The notes under the pieces are model-generated. The model did no database searches, had not been told where the DNA came from, and saw nothing but the letters and a program-made list of their open reading frames with translations. This document shows, one piece after another, positions 19,143-30,026 of a DNA stretch of 64,000 nucleotides (position 1 is its first letter; each line of letters opens with the position of its first letter). This DNA is from Candidatus Latescibacterota bacterium (GTDB taxonomy: Bacteria; Latescibacterota; UBA2968; UBA8231): the NCBI GenBank assembly GCA_965248265.1, contig CBDFJF010000002.1:288001-352000 (forward strand), in the 5' to 3' direction. The position numbers and the translations under genes were made by a program.

Positions 19143-21386
19143 ATGACGGATGTTTTTAGAGAGCAGGCACCGTCAGCCGTTCAAGCGCTGGTAAAGGAAC
19201 GCATCTCATCGAGGGAGTCGGTGCAATTGTGTGTGGCGACGGACATGGCGGATGAGTTCACGTTCGGTGAGCAGTGGTTGATCGTGACCGACCAACGTGT
19301 TCTGCTGGCGCCATTGCCTGGTACCGACGGTGTGCAACTCGTCGAGTTGGCCATATCCGATGTGGGCGAAGTCCGAAGCGTGGAACTGGTCGGAGGCTCC
19401 CGTCTGGAGATCGACAGGCCGCACACGGCTCCGTTGAGCATATGCTATTCGAGTTCGCAGGTAGCCAAGTTCACGGAAGTGGCTGGTGCCCTGAGGCAGC
19501 TGGCAGCCGGCGACGAACTGTCGTTGCCGACCACACTCGAGCGCCGCACTTGCGAGCGCTGTGGGCGTCTGCTTCCAGAGAAGGACGGCTTGTGTCCTTT
19601 CTGCATTCGCAAATGGGACACCATCAAACGCATCGCCGGGTTTCTTCTGCCCTATCGGACAAAGACCATCGCCTTCATGCTGTCGTCTTTGATCCTGACG
19701 CTGATGAACCTGGTGCCTCCGTACATCGTCAAGCGCATCATCGACGATGTGCTGACGCCACCGACAGCCGGCGTGGAGCTGTTGCTGTTGCTGGCTGGCT
19801 CCTTGCTATCCCTGAAGTTTGTGTCTTTTGGACTGAATATCGTAGACGGCTTCATCCGCGCTGACCTGTCCGCGTACACGACGCGTGACATCCGCTCCCA
19901 GCTGTACCAGAAGTTGCAGTTCCTGCCGGTGAGGTTCTACGACAGGCGCAAGGTCGGTAGTCTGATGTCACGGTTCATGAACGACGCCGATCGCCTGGAG
20001 ATGTTCCTGCTGTTCGCCATTCCGTTTGTGTTCAACAACGCGGTCATGGTCATCGGCATCACGGCGTTGCTGTTCTACCTGAACTGGCAGTTGACGATCT
20101 ACGTTCTGCTTCCGGTACCCCTCCTCATCGCCGCCGGCTGGAGGAAATGGGGCACCCTGCGACGGCTGTACAATCGCTGGCACGCCAAGTGGTCACGGCT
20201 CAACAGCCATGTCAACGAATCGATCTCGGGAATCCGTGTGGTCAAGGCGTTTGCTCAGGAAGACCGCGAGGAGCGTCGTTTTCTGGAGCGCAACGATGAG
20301 CTCCGGGATGTCGCGGTAACGAGCGAGCGCACCTGGTTCATCTTCTCGGCGATCCTGAATTTCCTGACCAGTTTCGGGTTGTTCTTTGTCTGGTACTTCG
20401 GCGGGCGTCAGATCCTGGATGAGGAGTTGACGCTGGGCGAACTGATGGCGTTCGTCAGTTACATATGGATGCTCTATGGCCCGTTGCAGTTTTTTAGTAA
20501 CGCGGCCAACATGCTGACACGCTCTTTTGCCGCGGCCGAGCGCATCTTCGAGATCATCGACCAGCCTCCAGAGTCGTTCGAAAACCCGGATGCCATCGCC
20601 ATGCCGCGGCTGAACGGTGCCGTCCGTTTTACCGATGCACACTTTGGCTACGATCCGGGCAAGCCAGTGCTAAAAGGCATCGATCTGGAGGTCGAGCCCG
20701 GCGAGATGATCGGCCTTGTTGGGAAATCAGGGGTGGGCAAGAGCACGCTGATCAACCTGATCTGCCGCTTTTACGACGTGGATCGCGGCGTGTTGCGCAT
20801 AGATGGGGAAGACATTCGCGACATCAAGCTCACTGACCTGCGCACTCAGATCGGCATGGTCTCCCAGGAGTCGTTTCTGTTCAACGGCAGCCTATCAGAT
20901 AACATCAGTTACGGTAAACCCGGGGCGACGTTCGATGACATCGTGCGAGCAGCCAGGGCGGCCAACGCCCACGAGTTCATCATCGCCAAGCCGGATGGCT
21001 ACGACACCCTGGCCGGGGAGCGCGGCGGCAAGTTGTCGGGAGGAGAGAAACAGCGCATATCGATCGCCCGGGCCATTCTGCACGATCCGAGGATTCTGAT
21101 TCTGGATGAAGCGACCTCGTCGGTCGATACTCCGACCGAGAAGAAGCTCCAGGAGGCCATCGCACGGTTGGTGGAGGGGAGGACGACCTTCGCCATCGCC
21201 CATCGACTGTCGACTCTGCGCAGTGCCGACCGGCTGGTTGTGTTGGATGAGGGCAAGATCGTGGAGATAGGCACGCACGAAGAGCTGATGGCACGCGAAG
21301 GGATCTTCTACCGGCTGGTCAAGACTCAACAAGACACGACTGCCGTGATGGCTGTGGGTGGCGGCAAGGACGATGTCAACAAGTGA
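19143..21386 (+). CDS. ABC exporter with N-terminal extension and Zn ribbon, paralog of 16850-19135
   Basis: CERC-x10-CPFC; GKSGVGKS; LSGGEKQR; ILDEATSS. Confidence 0.92.
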   Translation: MTDVFREQAPSAVQALVKERISSRESVQLCVATDMADEFTFGEQWLIVTDQRVLLAPLPGTDGVQLVELAISDVGEVRSVELVGGSRLEIDRPHTAPLSICYSSSQVAKFTEVAGALRQLAAGDELSLPTTLERRTCERCGRLLPEKDGLCPFCIRKWDTIKRIAGFLLPYRTKTIAFMLSSLILTLMNLVPPYIVKRIIDDVLTPPTAGVELLLLLAGSLLSLKFVSFGLNIVDGFIRADLSAYTTRDIRSQLYQKLQFLPVRFYDRRKVGSLMSRFMNDADRLEMFLLFAIPFVFNNAVMVIGITALLFYLNWQLTIYVLLPVPLLIAAGWRKWGTLRRLYNRWHAKWSRLNSHVNESISGIRVVKAFAQEDREERRFLERNDELRDVAVTSERTWFIFSAILNFLTSFGLFFVWYFGGRQILDEELTLGELMAFVSYIWMLYGPLQFFSNAANMLTRSFAAAERIFEIIDQPPESFENPDAIAMPRLNGAVRFTDAHFGYDPGKPVLKGIDLEVEPGEMIGLVGKSGVGKSTLINLICRFYDVDRGVLRIDGEDIRDIKLTDLRTQIGMVSQESFLFNGSLSDNISYGKPGATFDDIVRAARAANAHEFIIAKPDGYDTLAGERGGKLSGGEKQRISIARAILHDPRILILDEATSSVDTPTEKKLQEAIARLVEGRTTFAIAHRLSTLRSADRLVVLDEGKIVEIGTHEELMAREGIFYRLVKTQQDTTAVMAVGGGKDDVNK

Positions 21387-21399
21387 GAGTGGGGGGAGT

Positions 21400-24102
21400 C
21401 TACAGCTTTCGCACCACTTCCGCTGTCAGCGCCGCATCGATTCTCTCCCTCACCTCACTCAAGTGCGCGCTGGTGTAGGCGTCGAGATAGGGTTGTTTGA
21501 GCCTCGGTTTGATTTCGTCGGCCAGGGCCTTGAGGTCAGCGCGCGCGAGTGAGCGAGCGTCTTCGGGCCTTGTTCCCGGCGTCAGTGCCAGTTTCAGCAA
21601 GTGTTTGAGGTGCTCGCGTTGCAGGTTGCGGCGGAAGCCGTTGATGGACGCACCCGTCTCCAGCTCCGCCCAGATCGCCTGGCGCAATCCTGAGAACAGC
21701 TCCGGCATGGTGAACGGATTCTCCGTCTCGTAGCGCAGTTCGAGGTCCTGAAGACGGCTGAGCGTGGTAGTATCGTAGAGGCGGGCCAGGGGTGCGCGTT
21801 GTATGGCGAGCACATAGTCGTGAACCGGGAAATCGATGCGGCGGACCTTCCAGATTCTGTTTGTGAAATCCCACTGGCGCTCAGGTCCCAGCTTGTTGAG
21901 CAGCTGGGGCGACCAGTGGAAGGCGTCAGGACCGAAGATGTGCTCAACCAGAAATTCCAGGGCCTCGCGCTGACGGGTGGCGGCTACGGGAACCAGAGGT
22001 ATGCGGCCTTTGGGGTCGCCGACGTGATCACGATGGTGGTAGATGCCACCGATGTAGCGGGCGACGTTGCCGCCGCCAGTCCAGTAGGGTCTGAAACCAT
22101 ATCCGAAGACGCGACGCAACTTCTGGTAACGCTCTCCCTTGTTCTCGAACTCGCTTTCGATTCTGTTCCAAAGCTCCGCCGACACGTACACGAGGTTAGT
22201 GTAATGTTCGATGGCGTCGTCACCGAGGTCCCAGCGAGCCGCGGTCGGGTCGATGCCGCGCGTCGACCAGAAGGCGTCTTCGTCGGTTCCGTAGGGTAAA
22301 TCGGGATCGGCCACTTTGGAGGCGATCTTGTTCAGTTGGGCTCGCTCGCTCGCCGGGTTGTCGGCAGCAATCGGACTGTAGCCGTATTCAATCGCCCAAT
22401 GGTCGTAGGGCCCCAGGGCGGTCTGGTAGTACTGGCCCTGCTCCACACCCTGGGGAGCGATGTTGACGGGATTGTAATCCATGACCGAGCTGGAGAGGCC
22501 CTCTTTTGCCGAGACCTCAAGATCGTGTAGCTCTTCAGTTGCATGGATGGTGCTGGCCTTGAAGTTATGGCGTAGTCCGAGTGTGTGTCCGACCTCGTGC
22601 GCTACCACCATGACGATGAACTGGTGGATGAATTGCTCAGCGTCCGCCTCGAGTGCAGCTCCAGACGAGCGTGCCTCCAGCACATGCCAGCCGAATGCGG
22701 CCTCCTGAACCAACCCAGCCGCCATGTCGCAATATCCGTCTGCATGGCGATTACCCAAGCCCAGTGCCTGGGCGATCGAGTCGCCGACGGCAACGGTCCC
22801 TACCGGGCCGACGTACTCCTCGAATTGTAGATAGAGATAGCGGATGATGTCGGCGCTGATGCGTATGTCGGCGTCGAAGATTTCGCCGGTAAAGGGGTTG
22901 GTCCTCGAAGGTCCTACGGCATAGCCGGCGCCCGGACGGACCATCCAGCGAATGGTGCTGTAGCGGACATCGGCCGCGTCCCAATCGGCGTCATCGGGTT
23001 GGTCCTTGACCTGGATGGCGTCTTTGAAGCCGACGCGCTCGAAGGCCGTGTTCCAGACAAGCACTCCCTCTCGGACGGACTCGCGGTATTCGACGGGGAT
23101 CGAATTCTCTAACCAGAATACGATCGGCTCCTGCGGCGCCGACAGCTTGAACTTTGGCTCCGCCTTCTCCAGGTGCCAGCGATTGATGTTGTGGACATAC
23201 GGGTCCTCGCGCAGCACTGAGGTGTAGTCCTGGTACGCGGTCGTGAAGTAACCGACGCGGTCGTCGGCCAGGCGGGGTTTGAAGTCGGATTCGGGCAACT
23301 CGCACAGGCTGTAATGGTAGGTGTGCTGAAAACTGCGGTAATCCGGCAGGGTGTAGGCGTTTACCTTTGGTGCATCCGTGTGAAAGTGCAGGACGACATC
23401 GATCTCGGTGTTGCCGGGAAAATTGGTCAGCGTGCCGAAGTAGCTGTTGTCGCTATCAAAATTGTAGGTGACCGATTTTATGTGTTCGCTGAAGAGGTAG
23501 CCGATGAGGGCGATGTCCTGGATGAAGAGCGAACTCGGATCGACCAGCACGGCGCCCGTCTCGGGATGGGGTTGTCCTTCTATCGTGACGGTGCCGAGGA
23601 TGGAGTCGGAGACACCGCGGTCGACGGCGCGATGGATGGCGGCGTCCTCGTCAGCGCGGAAGTAGACGTTCTTGTGTTTGAAGAAGATTTTCTTGCCGAT
23701 TTTCTCGAACACGATCGGGAAAGTTCCCCAACCTCGTCCACGGGGGTGGATGAGTGACGCTGAGTCGAAGAAAAACCCGTCCCCCTGGGTGCGGGTGACG
23801 TTACATAGATAGATCTGATCGAGCTGGTCGGGACGGATGGCGAGGTAGACCTTGTTGTCCTCTTCGTCGCGGTAGAGATCAAACAGGCCTGCAATCTTAT
23901 CGAAGTCCTCGATGACTTCATCGAATTCCGGGTCTTTGTCCTCGTCTTCTTCCTCCTCCTCCTCCTCTGCTTCTACCTCTTCGGATTCAGTGGAGTCTTC
24001 CACGGCCTCTTCATCATGCGCGGTACTCCCCGACAGTGGAGCTGCGTCAAGGGTTGAGGCGAGGAACAAGAGTGCGATGAGTGCGCTGAGTGGAAACAGC
24101 AT
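21400..24102 (-). CDS. Secreted zinc metalloprotease (Met-zincin, DUF5117/DUF4953 type)
   Basis: Signal peptide; HEVGHTLGLRHNF; SVMDY Met-turn; RLADDRVGYF; GAGGGAG RBS before ATG 24102. Confidence 0.92.
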   Translation of the reverse strand: MLFPLSALIALLFLASTLDAAPLSGSTAHDEEAVEDSTESEEVEAEEEEEEEDEDKDPEFDEVIEDFDKIAGLFDLYRDEEDNKVYLAIRPDQLDQIYLCNVTRTQGDGFFFDSASLIHPRGRGWGTFPIVFEKIGKKIFFKHKNVYFRADEDAAIHRAVDRGVSDSILGTVTIEGQPHPETGAVLVDPSSLFIQDIALIGYLFSEHIKSVTYNFDSDNSYFGTLTNFPGNTEIDVVLHFHTDAPKVNAYTLPDYRSFQHTYHYSLCELPESDFKPRLADDRVGYFTTAYQDYTSVLREDPYVHNINRWHLEKAEPKFKLSAPQEPIVFWLENSIPVEYRESVREGVLVWNTAFERVGFKDAIQVKDQPDDADWDAADVRYSTIRWMVRPGAGYAVGPSRTNPFTGEIFDADIRISADIIRYLYLQFEEYVGPVGTVAVGDSIAQALGLGNRHADGYCDMAAGLVQEAAFGWHVLEARSSGAALEADAEQFIHQFIVMVVAHEVGHTLGLRHNFKASTIHATEELHDLEVSAKEGLSSSVMDYNPVNIAPQGVEQGQYYQTALGPYDHWAIEYGYSPIAADNPASERAQLNKIASKVADPDLPYGTDEDAFWSTRGIDPTAARWDLGDDAIEHYTNLVYVSAELWNRIESEFENKGERYQKLRRVFGYGFRPYWTGGGNVARYIGGIYHHRDHVGDPKGRIPLVPVAATRQREALEFLVEHIFGPDAFHWSPQLLNKLGPERQWDFTNRIWKVRRIDFPVHDYVLAIQRAPLARLYDTTTLSRLQDLELRYETENPFTMPELFSGLRQAIWAELETGASINGFRRNLQREHLKHLLKLALTPGTRPEDARSLARADLKALADEIKPRLKQPYLDAYTSAHLSEVRERIDAALTAEVVRKL

Positions 24103-24249
24103 ATGGGTTCTCCCTCTGGTCTCGACACGGGGTCGCGATCCATCGTGTACCGCTTGGTCTGGACCGCATCTCATACTATGCTAATGGCAAGGAAGGTAAT
24201 ATGAGGACAATGGAGGCTGCCATCATCAAGATCGAACTGGCCGGGGAGG

Positions 24250-25044
24250 ATGACTGATGCTCATATGCTGAGTGCGCAACAGGTAAACCACTTCGAGGCC
24301 TTCGGATTCCTGCTGTTGCGGGAGCTGTATTCGCCTGAGGAGATGGCTAAGCTCAGCCGCGAGGTTGCCGTGTTGATGGAAACGCAGCCGGCCAAGCGCG
24401 ACGGTCCCAACTTCTGGTCGCTATCGCCCTTCATCGAGCATTCTACCAGGCTGATCGATCTGCCTGTCGACGATCGCATTTACCAGCCGATGGAGCAGCT
24501 GCTGGGCAGCGGTTTTACCTGGGGTGGTTCAGAGGGTGTGTCTGGAAGCTTCAACGAGACCAACGATCACCAATGGCACAGCGACCGCGGCGGTCAGATC
24601 GATCTAGCCTACCGGCGCATCAAGATCATGATATACCTGCAGTCGGTGAGACAAGAGACAGGAGCGTTGCGCGTCATTCCCGGGTCGCATCATGCGCCGT
24701 TTCACACCATGCTGCTGCCGCTTCAGGAGCAGAAGCAGGAAACGAGTCCCAGTGCCTTCGGAGCTGCAGGCTGCGACTTGCCCTGCACGACTCTGGAGGT
24801 TGACCCTGGAGATGTCGTCGTCTTCGACCACTACCTGTTTCATGCTGTCTATGGCAAGCAGGAAACGCGGCGATACGTGGCCCTGAAGTTTGCCGCCAAG
24901 CCCGAAACAGAGGTGCACTACGAGGCCCTGCGAGCACACTCGCAGGACGCATCACGGTTACACGAGCTCCTGCGGCACAGCCAACACCCGCGTATGAAGG
25001 GCATGGTAGAAGGATTGCTGCACTGGGAAACGAAGCTCGGTTAA
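24250..25044 (+). CDS. Phytanoyl-CoA dioxygenase (PhyH) family Fe(II)/2OG oxygenase
   Basis: WHSD, GALRVIPGSH and PGDVVVF..LFHA. Confidence 0.9.
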   Translation: MTDAHMLSAQQVNHFEAFGFLLLRELYSPEEMAKLSREVAVLMETQPAKRDGPNFWSLSPFIEHSTRLIDLPVDDRIYQPMEQLLGSGFTWGGSEGVSGSFNETNDHQWHSDRGGQIDLAYRRIKIMIYLQSVRQETGALRVIPGSHHAPFHTMLLPLQEQKQETSPSAFGAAGCDLPCTTLEVDPGDVVVFDHYLFHAVYGKQETRRYVALKFAAKPETEVHYEALRAHSQDASRLHELLRHSQHPRMKGMVEGLLHWETKLG

Positions 25045-25066
25045 GTAGACCCCCGGGTCCTCAGAG

Positions 25067-26059
25067 TCAGTCAGCGAGCTGACGCATGGCGGCCAGGATT
25101 TCCAGGGACCGGTGGCATGCGGCGGGATCGAATATACGCACGGTCGTCATGAGTTCATCGGCATCGGTCTCGGCGATGAGGGCGCTGACGCCGCCCTTCA
25201 CCGTCTCAGGTGAACCCACGTAAGAGTAGGTCAGCTTGTGCTCGACTGCCGGTTTCTCCATCGGTGTCCAGCAGGTGTCTATGTCATCAACCGCAGGTCC
25301 CAGCTGGTTGCGCTGACCGCGCACCATGCCGATGGCCTGAATCTGCTGTGAAGTGAACAGCCGAACGGCCTCCTCGTCGCTGTCTGCGGCAACAACGTTC
25401 AGACCAACGATTACATAAGGCTGTGGCAGATGCTCTGAAGGTTGGAAGCCGCTGCGGTAAGCATGTAGCGCATCATGCAGCATGTCAGGTGCAAAGTGCG
25501 AGGCGAAGGCATAGGGCAATCCCAGGTGCGCAGCCAACTGGGCGCTGAACAGGCTCGAGCCTAGCAGCCAGACGGGCACCTGCAATCCCGCACCGGGCAC
25601 GGCGCGAACCGTCTGTTCCGGCTCCGGAGTGCTGAAGTAGGTCTGAAGCTCGATAACGTCGTGGGGGAATTGCTGTCCTGACCCGGTACGGTCGCGCCGT
25701 AGCGCCCGTGCCGTTATCGGATCCGTCCCCGGCGCACGGCCCAGCCCCAGATCAATTCGACCGGGGAACAGCGACTCCAGGGTGCCGAACTGCTCGGCGA
25801 TTACCAACGGCGCGTGGTTGGGAAGCATGATGCCGCCGGCGCCGACGCGGATCGTTTGGGTTCCTGCGGCGACATGACCGATCAGAACGCTGGTCGCGGC
25901 GCTGCCGATGCCGCCCATGTTGTGGTGCTCGGCGAGCCAGTAGCGGTGGTAGCCGAGCTTTTCGGCGTGTTGCGCCTGCTCGAGCATGAGGTGGAAGGCC
26001 TGTGAGGCGTCACCACCTTGCCGGATCGGCGCGAGATCAAGGATGGAAAAGGGAATCAC
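25067..26059 (-). CDS. Luciferase-like (LLM class) flavin monooxygenase, YhbW type
   Basis: [25 protein letters not shown] and [11 protein letters not shown]; GTG start. Confidence 0.92.
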   Translation of the reverse strand: MIPFSILDLAPIRQGGDASQAFHLMLEQAQHAEKLGYHRYWLAEHHNMGGIGSAATSVLIGHVAAGTQTIRVGAGGIMLPNHAPLVIAEQFGTLESLFPGRIDLGLGRAPGTDPITARALRRDRTGSGQQFPHDVIELQTYFSTPEPEQTVRAVPGAGLQVPVWLLGSSLFSAQLAAHLGLPYAFASHFAPDMLHDALHAYRSGFQPSEHLPQPYVIVGLNVVAADSDEEAVRLFTSQQIQAIGMVRGQRNQLGPAVDDIDTCWTPMEKPAVEHKLTYSYVGSPETVKGGVSALIAETDADELMTTVRIFDPAACHRSLEILAAMRQLAD

Positions 26060-26476
26060 AGGGGAGGCTGGACAGTCAAAAGGTTGGGGTAATCGTAAGT
26101 TGCTGACTTCGAGCCCATGAAGGTAATGGCTGTGGACAAATTCACCACAATCGAACCTGGGACTCAGAGCTGGCCGCAACTAACCGAGCGGAGTCAACGC
26201 CTCTCCCGGAGTCGGGCCCCATCATCGTTTCCGAACGAGGTCGAAACTCTAAACAAAATAGTATTAACAACGTATATACTTTTTCCCGCCTGCTGGAGCA
26301 CCGTTGGCAGATCAAATACATTGGTCATCCGTTGCCAGGTGGTGGATGGCTAAAAAGTGCAAGAATAGCGGCAAATTGCCAACCGTCACGGATTCCACTG
26401 TGAGATTCATCACCGCTTCTGTGCAGACTGTGCGTAGCTTTCATCAAGTTTTCGTCACACTCCGTTCGAGGAAGAT

Positions 26477-26806
26477 ATGAGCTGGGTATTTGCCTTGGCT
26501 AGCATAGGAATGCTGTTGGTGCTGGGAGAGATGGTTATTCGGTACCTCAAAGAAGTCGAAGGTACGAAGCGGCAGGGGCAGGAGACTCATCTGCAGATCG
26601 AGGCCAACCTCAAGGCCATAGAGGAGGCGCGAAAGGAAACGGAGGAAGTCAGATCGAGGGTCTTGCGGGCGGAAACGGAAGTTCAATCGCTCAAAGAGAA
26701 ACTGACAAAAGGTGTCGCTGAGGAGATTGAGCTCGAAGGCAGGGAACTGAAGCGAAATCCCACCCGGCATAAGCTGGAGGATACCGAGAGCGACTCAGAT
26801 GACTGA
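26477..26806 (+). CDS. Small protein with N-terminal membrane anchor and coiled coil
   Basis: GAGGA RBS; one N-terminal TM segment; E/K/R-rich heptads. Confidence 0.75.
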   Translation: MSWVFALASIGMLLVLGEMVIRYLKEVEGTKRQGQETHLQIEANLKAIEEARKETEEVRSRVLRAETEVQSLKEKLTKGVAEEIELEGRELKRNPTRHKLEDTESDSDD

Positions 26807-27116
26807 ATTCCTGGTAGCCGTAACAATTCTCATGGCGCTCGGCAGCGTGCTCTTGAAGGGCCATCTGGCCGGCAATGTGGAGCGCTACAAGAAGGAACTT
26901 GCCAACATGATTGTCGAGCAACAAAAGACGGCGCAGCTGCTGCGTCAAACTGAAGCCGTTCTGGCGACCGTCAACGACAAGGAACGTGATATGCTGCGGA
27001 ACAAGAAGAAAGCGGCCGCGGAGTTGGCGGCGTTTCAGGGTGCGGGGGATGGCGATGGCGATGCCGATTCGGAGGCAGATGACTCTGGTGAGGACGCCGG
27101 TGAGGAGAACGGATAG
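26799..27116 (+). CDS. Small protein with N-terminal membrane anchor, coiled coil and acidic tail
   Basis: Overlaps the upstream gene by 8 bp; same architecture. Confidence 0.75.
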   Translation: MTEFLVAVTILMALGSVLLKGHLAGNVERYKKELANMIVEQQKTAQLLRQTEAVLATVNDKERDMLRNKKKAAAELAAFQGAGDGDGDADSEADDSGEDAGEENG

Positions 27117-27800
27117 CTACTCGCCGAACCTTCTGCGTAGCCAAACGAACGGTAGGTGCATAATAGCAAAGCAGGTCATGAACGCCAGCGAAGTAACCGC
27201 AAGGAAGAACCAATGCGGGTACTGATGGAGAAACTCGATTTTCGGTGCTGACAGGGTGAAAAAGTAGTTGGTGTGAAGGAAGAGGTTGATTGGCGTGATG
27301 AGCAAAGCGTACAGATGAACGGCGAGATAGCTGTACATGACGGCACCAAAACGTGGGTGGTAACCCCGGCCGAACGTGAAGTAAAAACCAACACCGACAA
27401 GCGCGATGTGGGTGACGAAATAGCGAATCTCGGCGATGGGACGGATCGATCCGGTTTCTGAAATTGCCGGCACCAAGACTGCGATCAAGGCGCCGGTGAC
27501 GCCAGCGTAGTACGAAAGTTCAGCCAGCCGCCTGTTCGCCGTCGCCAACGTGATCAGCATGATGAACACCGATATGTCGCACAGGTGCAGAGGCAAGTTA
27601 TCGACCAGCGCAACGCCACCTGTGGTATGTCTGTAGAGAAACCAAGCCAGCTCGTTCAACGACACGATGACGAACAGGGAGGCGCGCGCGACACCGTGCC
27701 AGCGAGAATCAAGCTGAAGACGGACCATCGCGATACAGCAGGCGACGAACAGGACGCCAAGACCCAGCCAGATCAAGTGTTGAGGCGAGAAGACTGTCAT
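27117..27800 (-). CDS. YwaF/TIGR02206-type integral membrane protein
   Basis: FSPQH, LPLHLCD, YFVTH and TNYFFT; start ATG 27800. Confidence 0.85.
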   Translation of the reverse strand: MTVFSPQHLIWLGLGVLFVACCIAMVRLQLDSRWHGVARASLFVIVSLNELAWFLYRHTTGGVALVDNLPLHLCDISVFIMLITLATANRRLAELSYYAGVTGALIAVLVPAISETGSIRPIAEIRYFVTHIALVGVGFYFTFGRGYHPRFGAVMYSYLAVHLYALLITPINLFLHTNYFFTLSAPKIEFLHQYPHWFFLAVTSLAFMTCFAIMHLPFVWLRRRFGE

Positions 27801-27807
27801 CGAGTAG

Positions 27808-28914
27808 TCAAAACACCTGCGAAAACGTGATGTAGATGGCGGTACGGTTTTTCGAAGAGCCGTAGTCCGCCCGCACGATCGTGCTGTGCCAGTGGTATCG
27901 AAGGCCGGCGCCCCGTCCGTGGCGCCACTCGTCAGCGTCAGGCAGATCGTTTCGCGCGAAGGTTTGGCCGCCATCGGCAAACAGGACCAGTCCCAGGTAC
28001 ATCTGCTTGCCGCCCCACAACTGCACTCCGCGCCACCGCAGTTCCCCGTTGTACAATACACGCGCCTGGCCACGATCTCTGGCGCTCGAGACGCCGCGCA
28101 CCGTGCTGCTTCCACCCAGTGCCAGCTCTTCGTAGAATGGCAAATCGCCCACAGTCCAGTCGACACCAACCCGGTGGGCGAAAACGATTCCGTCCCGCAA
28201 GGGCAGGAAGTGGCGGTGACCGAAACTGATACTGGCGCCGTTGAAATCACCGCCGCCTCCGATCCCGTACTCGACGAGGACCTCCTCGAGCATTCCGCGT
28301 GTGGTGTTGTTGTAGTTGTCGCGCGTGTCGTACCTGACGGCACCGTTCAGTTGGAAGAGGCTGCCTCCCTCCGATCCAAGTGGAGCGAGCTCCTCAAGGA
28401 TGCTGTTGGCTGCGTTCGGTGTGATGTCGTTGTAGCTGATGCGTCCCCCGGCACGCAAGTGCCAGCGACCGGCAAGCTCCCGAATCCACTTCACCTTGAG
28501 TTCGGGAAAGGCCTGCGAGAAGGTCCGTTCCTCTCGCGTGCGCGAATCAATCGCCTTATCTGGAAGGTCACCGTAGTAATTGGCGAAATCCTCCTTCTCG
28601 TAGACGAGCTCCACTTCCAATCGTTGTCCAGGCCGGTAGGCCGGGGTGTCCATCAACAGGCGGTGGACCCACTTGCCTTTGGTCGTAGCAAATGCTTGCG
28701 CGCTGTACTTGCGACGGTAGGGCACGCTCTCGCCGTCGTACTCGAAGAGATTGAAACGAACGCCGTACCCGGTGCCGTCGTCGGAGCTGAAATTGACGAG
28801 CGGCACGGCGGTCGGACGCCAGCCAACGCTTTCGTGAGATTGCACGGCATTGCACGGAGTTGGCACAAGGCTGGCGACAATGAGGGCGGTCGATAACGAC
28901 AACAGGATTGGCAA
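27808..28914 (-). CDS. Omp85/BamA-TamA family outer membrane beta-barrel without POTRA domains
   Basis: YDTRDN, LGGSSTVRG and terminal ITFSQVF; start codon uncertain (TTG 28914). Confidence 0.85.
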   Translation of the reverse strand: MPILLSLSTALIVASLVPTPCNAVQSHESVGWRPTAVPLVNFSSDDGTGYGVRFNLFEYDGESVPYRRKYSAQAFATTKGKWVHRLLMDTPAYRPGQRLEVELVYEKEDFANYYGDLPDKAIDSRTREERTFSQAFPELKVKWIRELAGRWHLRAGGRISYNDITPNAANSILEELAPLGSEGGSLFQLNGAVRYDTRDNYNNTTRGMLEEVLVEYGIGGGGDFNGASISFGHRHFLPLRDGIVFAHRVGVDWTVGDLPFYEELALGGSSTVRGVSSARDRGQARVLYNGELRWRGVQLWGGKQMYLGLVLFADGGQTFARNDLPDADEWRHGRGAGLRYHWHSTIVRADYGSSKNRTAIYITFSQVF

Positions 28915-29206
28915 CCTGCTACGAATTCCAAAACAGCGTCTTGCCCTGGTCCGGACAGCTGTACGGGATATGGTTTTAACTGCCAGCATTTCTAACGGCG
29001 TTGCCCTGGGCAATCTCCTGTTTTTCATCACGTTATCGGCGCTCGGTTGTTTGCAGGTTCTGGCGAGATATTGGAAATCTTACCTGGTTCAATGCGGACA
29101 GCCGCACAAGGTTCACGCATCGGCTCCCGTTTGCTGGGCCTGGGGCCAATCCCTACAACAGCAAACCCCTGCAAACGCCATTCCAGGTCTTTCGATACCC
29201 GCCAGC

Positions 29207-29331
29207 TACATCACCGAGTGGGATACCATCGGCAGCGAATCAGTGATCCGATCTGGCAGTGGGAATTCCACAGGGGATTTTTCGCGTAACATCGCCATCG
29301 ACGATGAGGGCTCATTCTTCGTGGCTGATGC
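29207..29331 (+). pseudogene. Degenerate NHL-repeat remnant
   Basis: YITEWDTIGS...GSGNSTGDFSRNIAIDDEGSFFVAD resembles a single NHL repeat. Confidence 0.45.
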
Positions 29332-29348
29332 GAGGACGACAGATTGGC

Positions 29349-29828
29349 TTACCAGAGGCTCGGTTCGCCCTCACCTGCAGTCCGTACGGCGCCGACGCTG
29401 GCTCGGCGCACCCGGTGGGCCAACAACTCGACGGTTGTCTCCAGAATTTTCACGAAAAGTGCCGGTTGGCTGTCGATGAGTCCGTGCAGTGAGTCACGCG
29501 TCAGGGACAAAGCCGTAGACTCTTCGACCGCCGTGAAACCAACGAAGCGCTTGTTGCCGGTGAGACAGGCCATCTCACCGAAGGAAGCGCCAGGCAGGAC
29601 CTGGCCTATGACCTGTGCGGCTTCGTCGACGACGTGAAGCTTTCCGGTGATGAGGACGAGCATGTCGACGCCCTCGTCGCCTGGTTGCCACACCACCTCG
29701 TCGGCGGCAAAAGCGCGTCGCTGGCACAGCGAGAGGATGTGCAGGCCTTCGTCTTCCGTGAGTGCCCGAAATATCTCAAGCTTCTTGACGACTCTGATTA
29801 ATCCATATCGGTCTTTGGATTTCGCCAT
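29349..29828 (-). CDS. Stand-alone cyclic-nucleotide-binding domain protein
   Basis: IFRALT, V..PGD.G, G.SFGEMA.L; no HTH. Confidence 0.85.
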   Translation of the reverse strand: MAKSKDRYGLIRVVKKLEIFRALTEDEGLHILSLCQRRAFAADEVVWQPGDEGVDMLVLITGKLHVVDEAAQVIGQVLPGASFGEMACLTGNKRFVGFTAVEESTALSLTRDSLHGLIDSQPALFVKILETTVELLAHRVRRASVGAVRTAGEGEPSLW

Positions 29829-30026
29829 TTCACTTTTCCACTCAAGGCACGTTCGACTTCCGGGTCTGGAACGGGGGTGCCACTATTACTGGACTCCTCG
29901 GGGATGGCAGTCTGATGCTGTGAATATAGTGAGTGAACAGCCCACCGCACGAGTCAGACTTGCCGAGTGACTTGCCTGTTCTACACATTTTTTATATAAA
30001 TTGCGCGTGCGGGAAGTACAAGACCA

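Noticed and set aside
23932-23985. TCC/TCT-rich simple repeat
   Set aside because: It encodes the acidic linker of the metalloprotease
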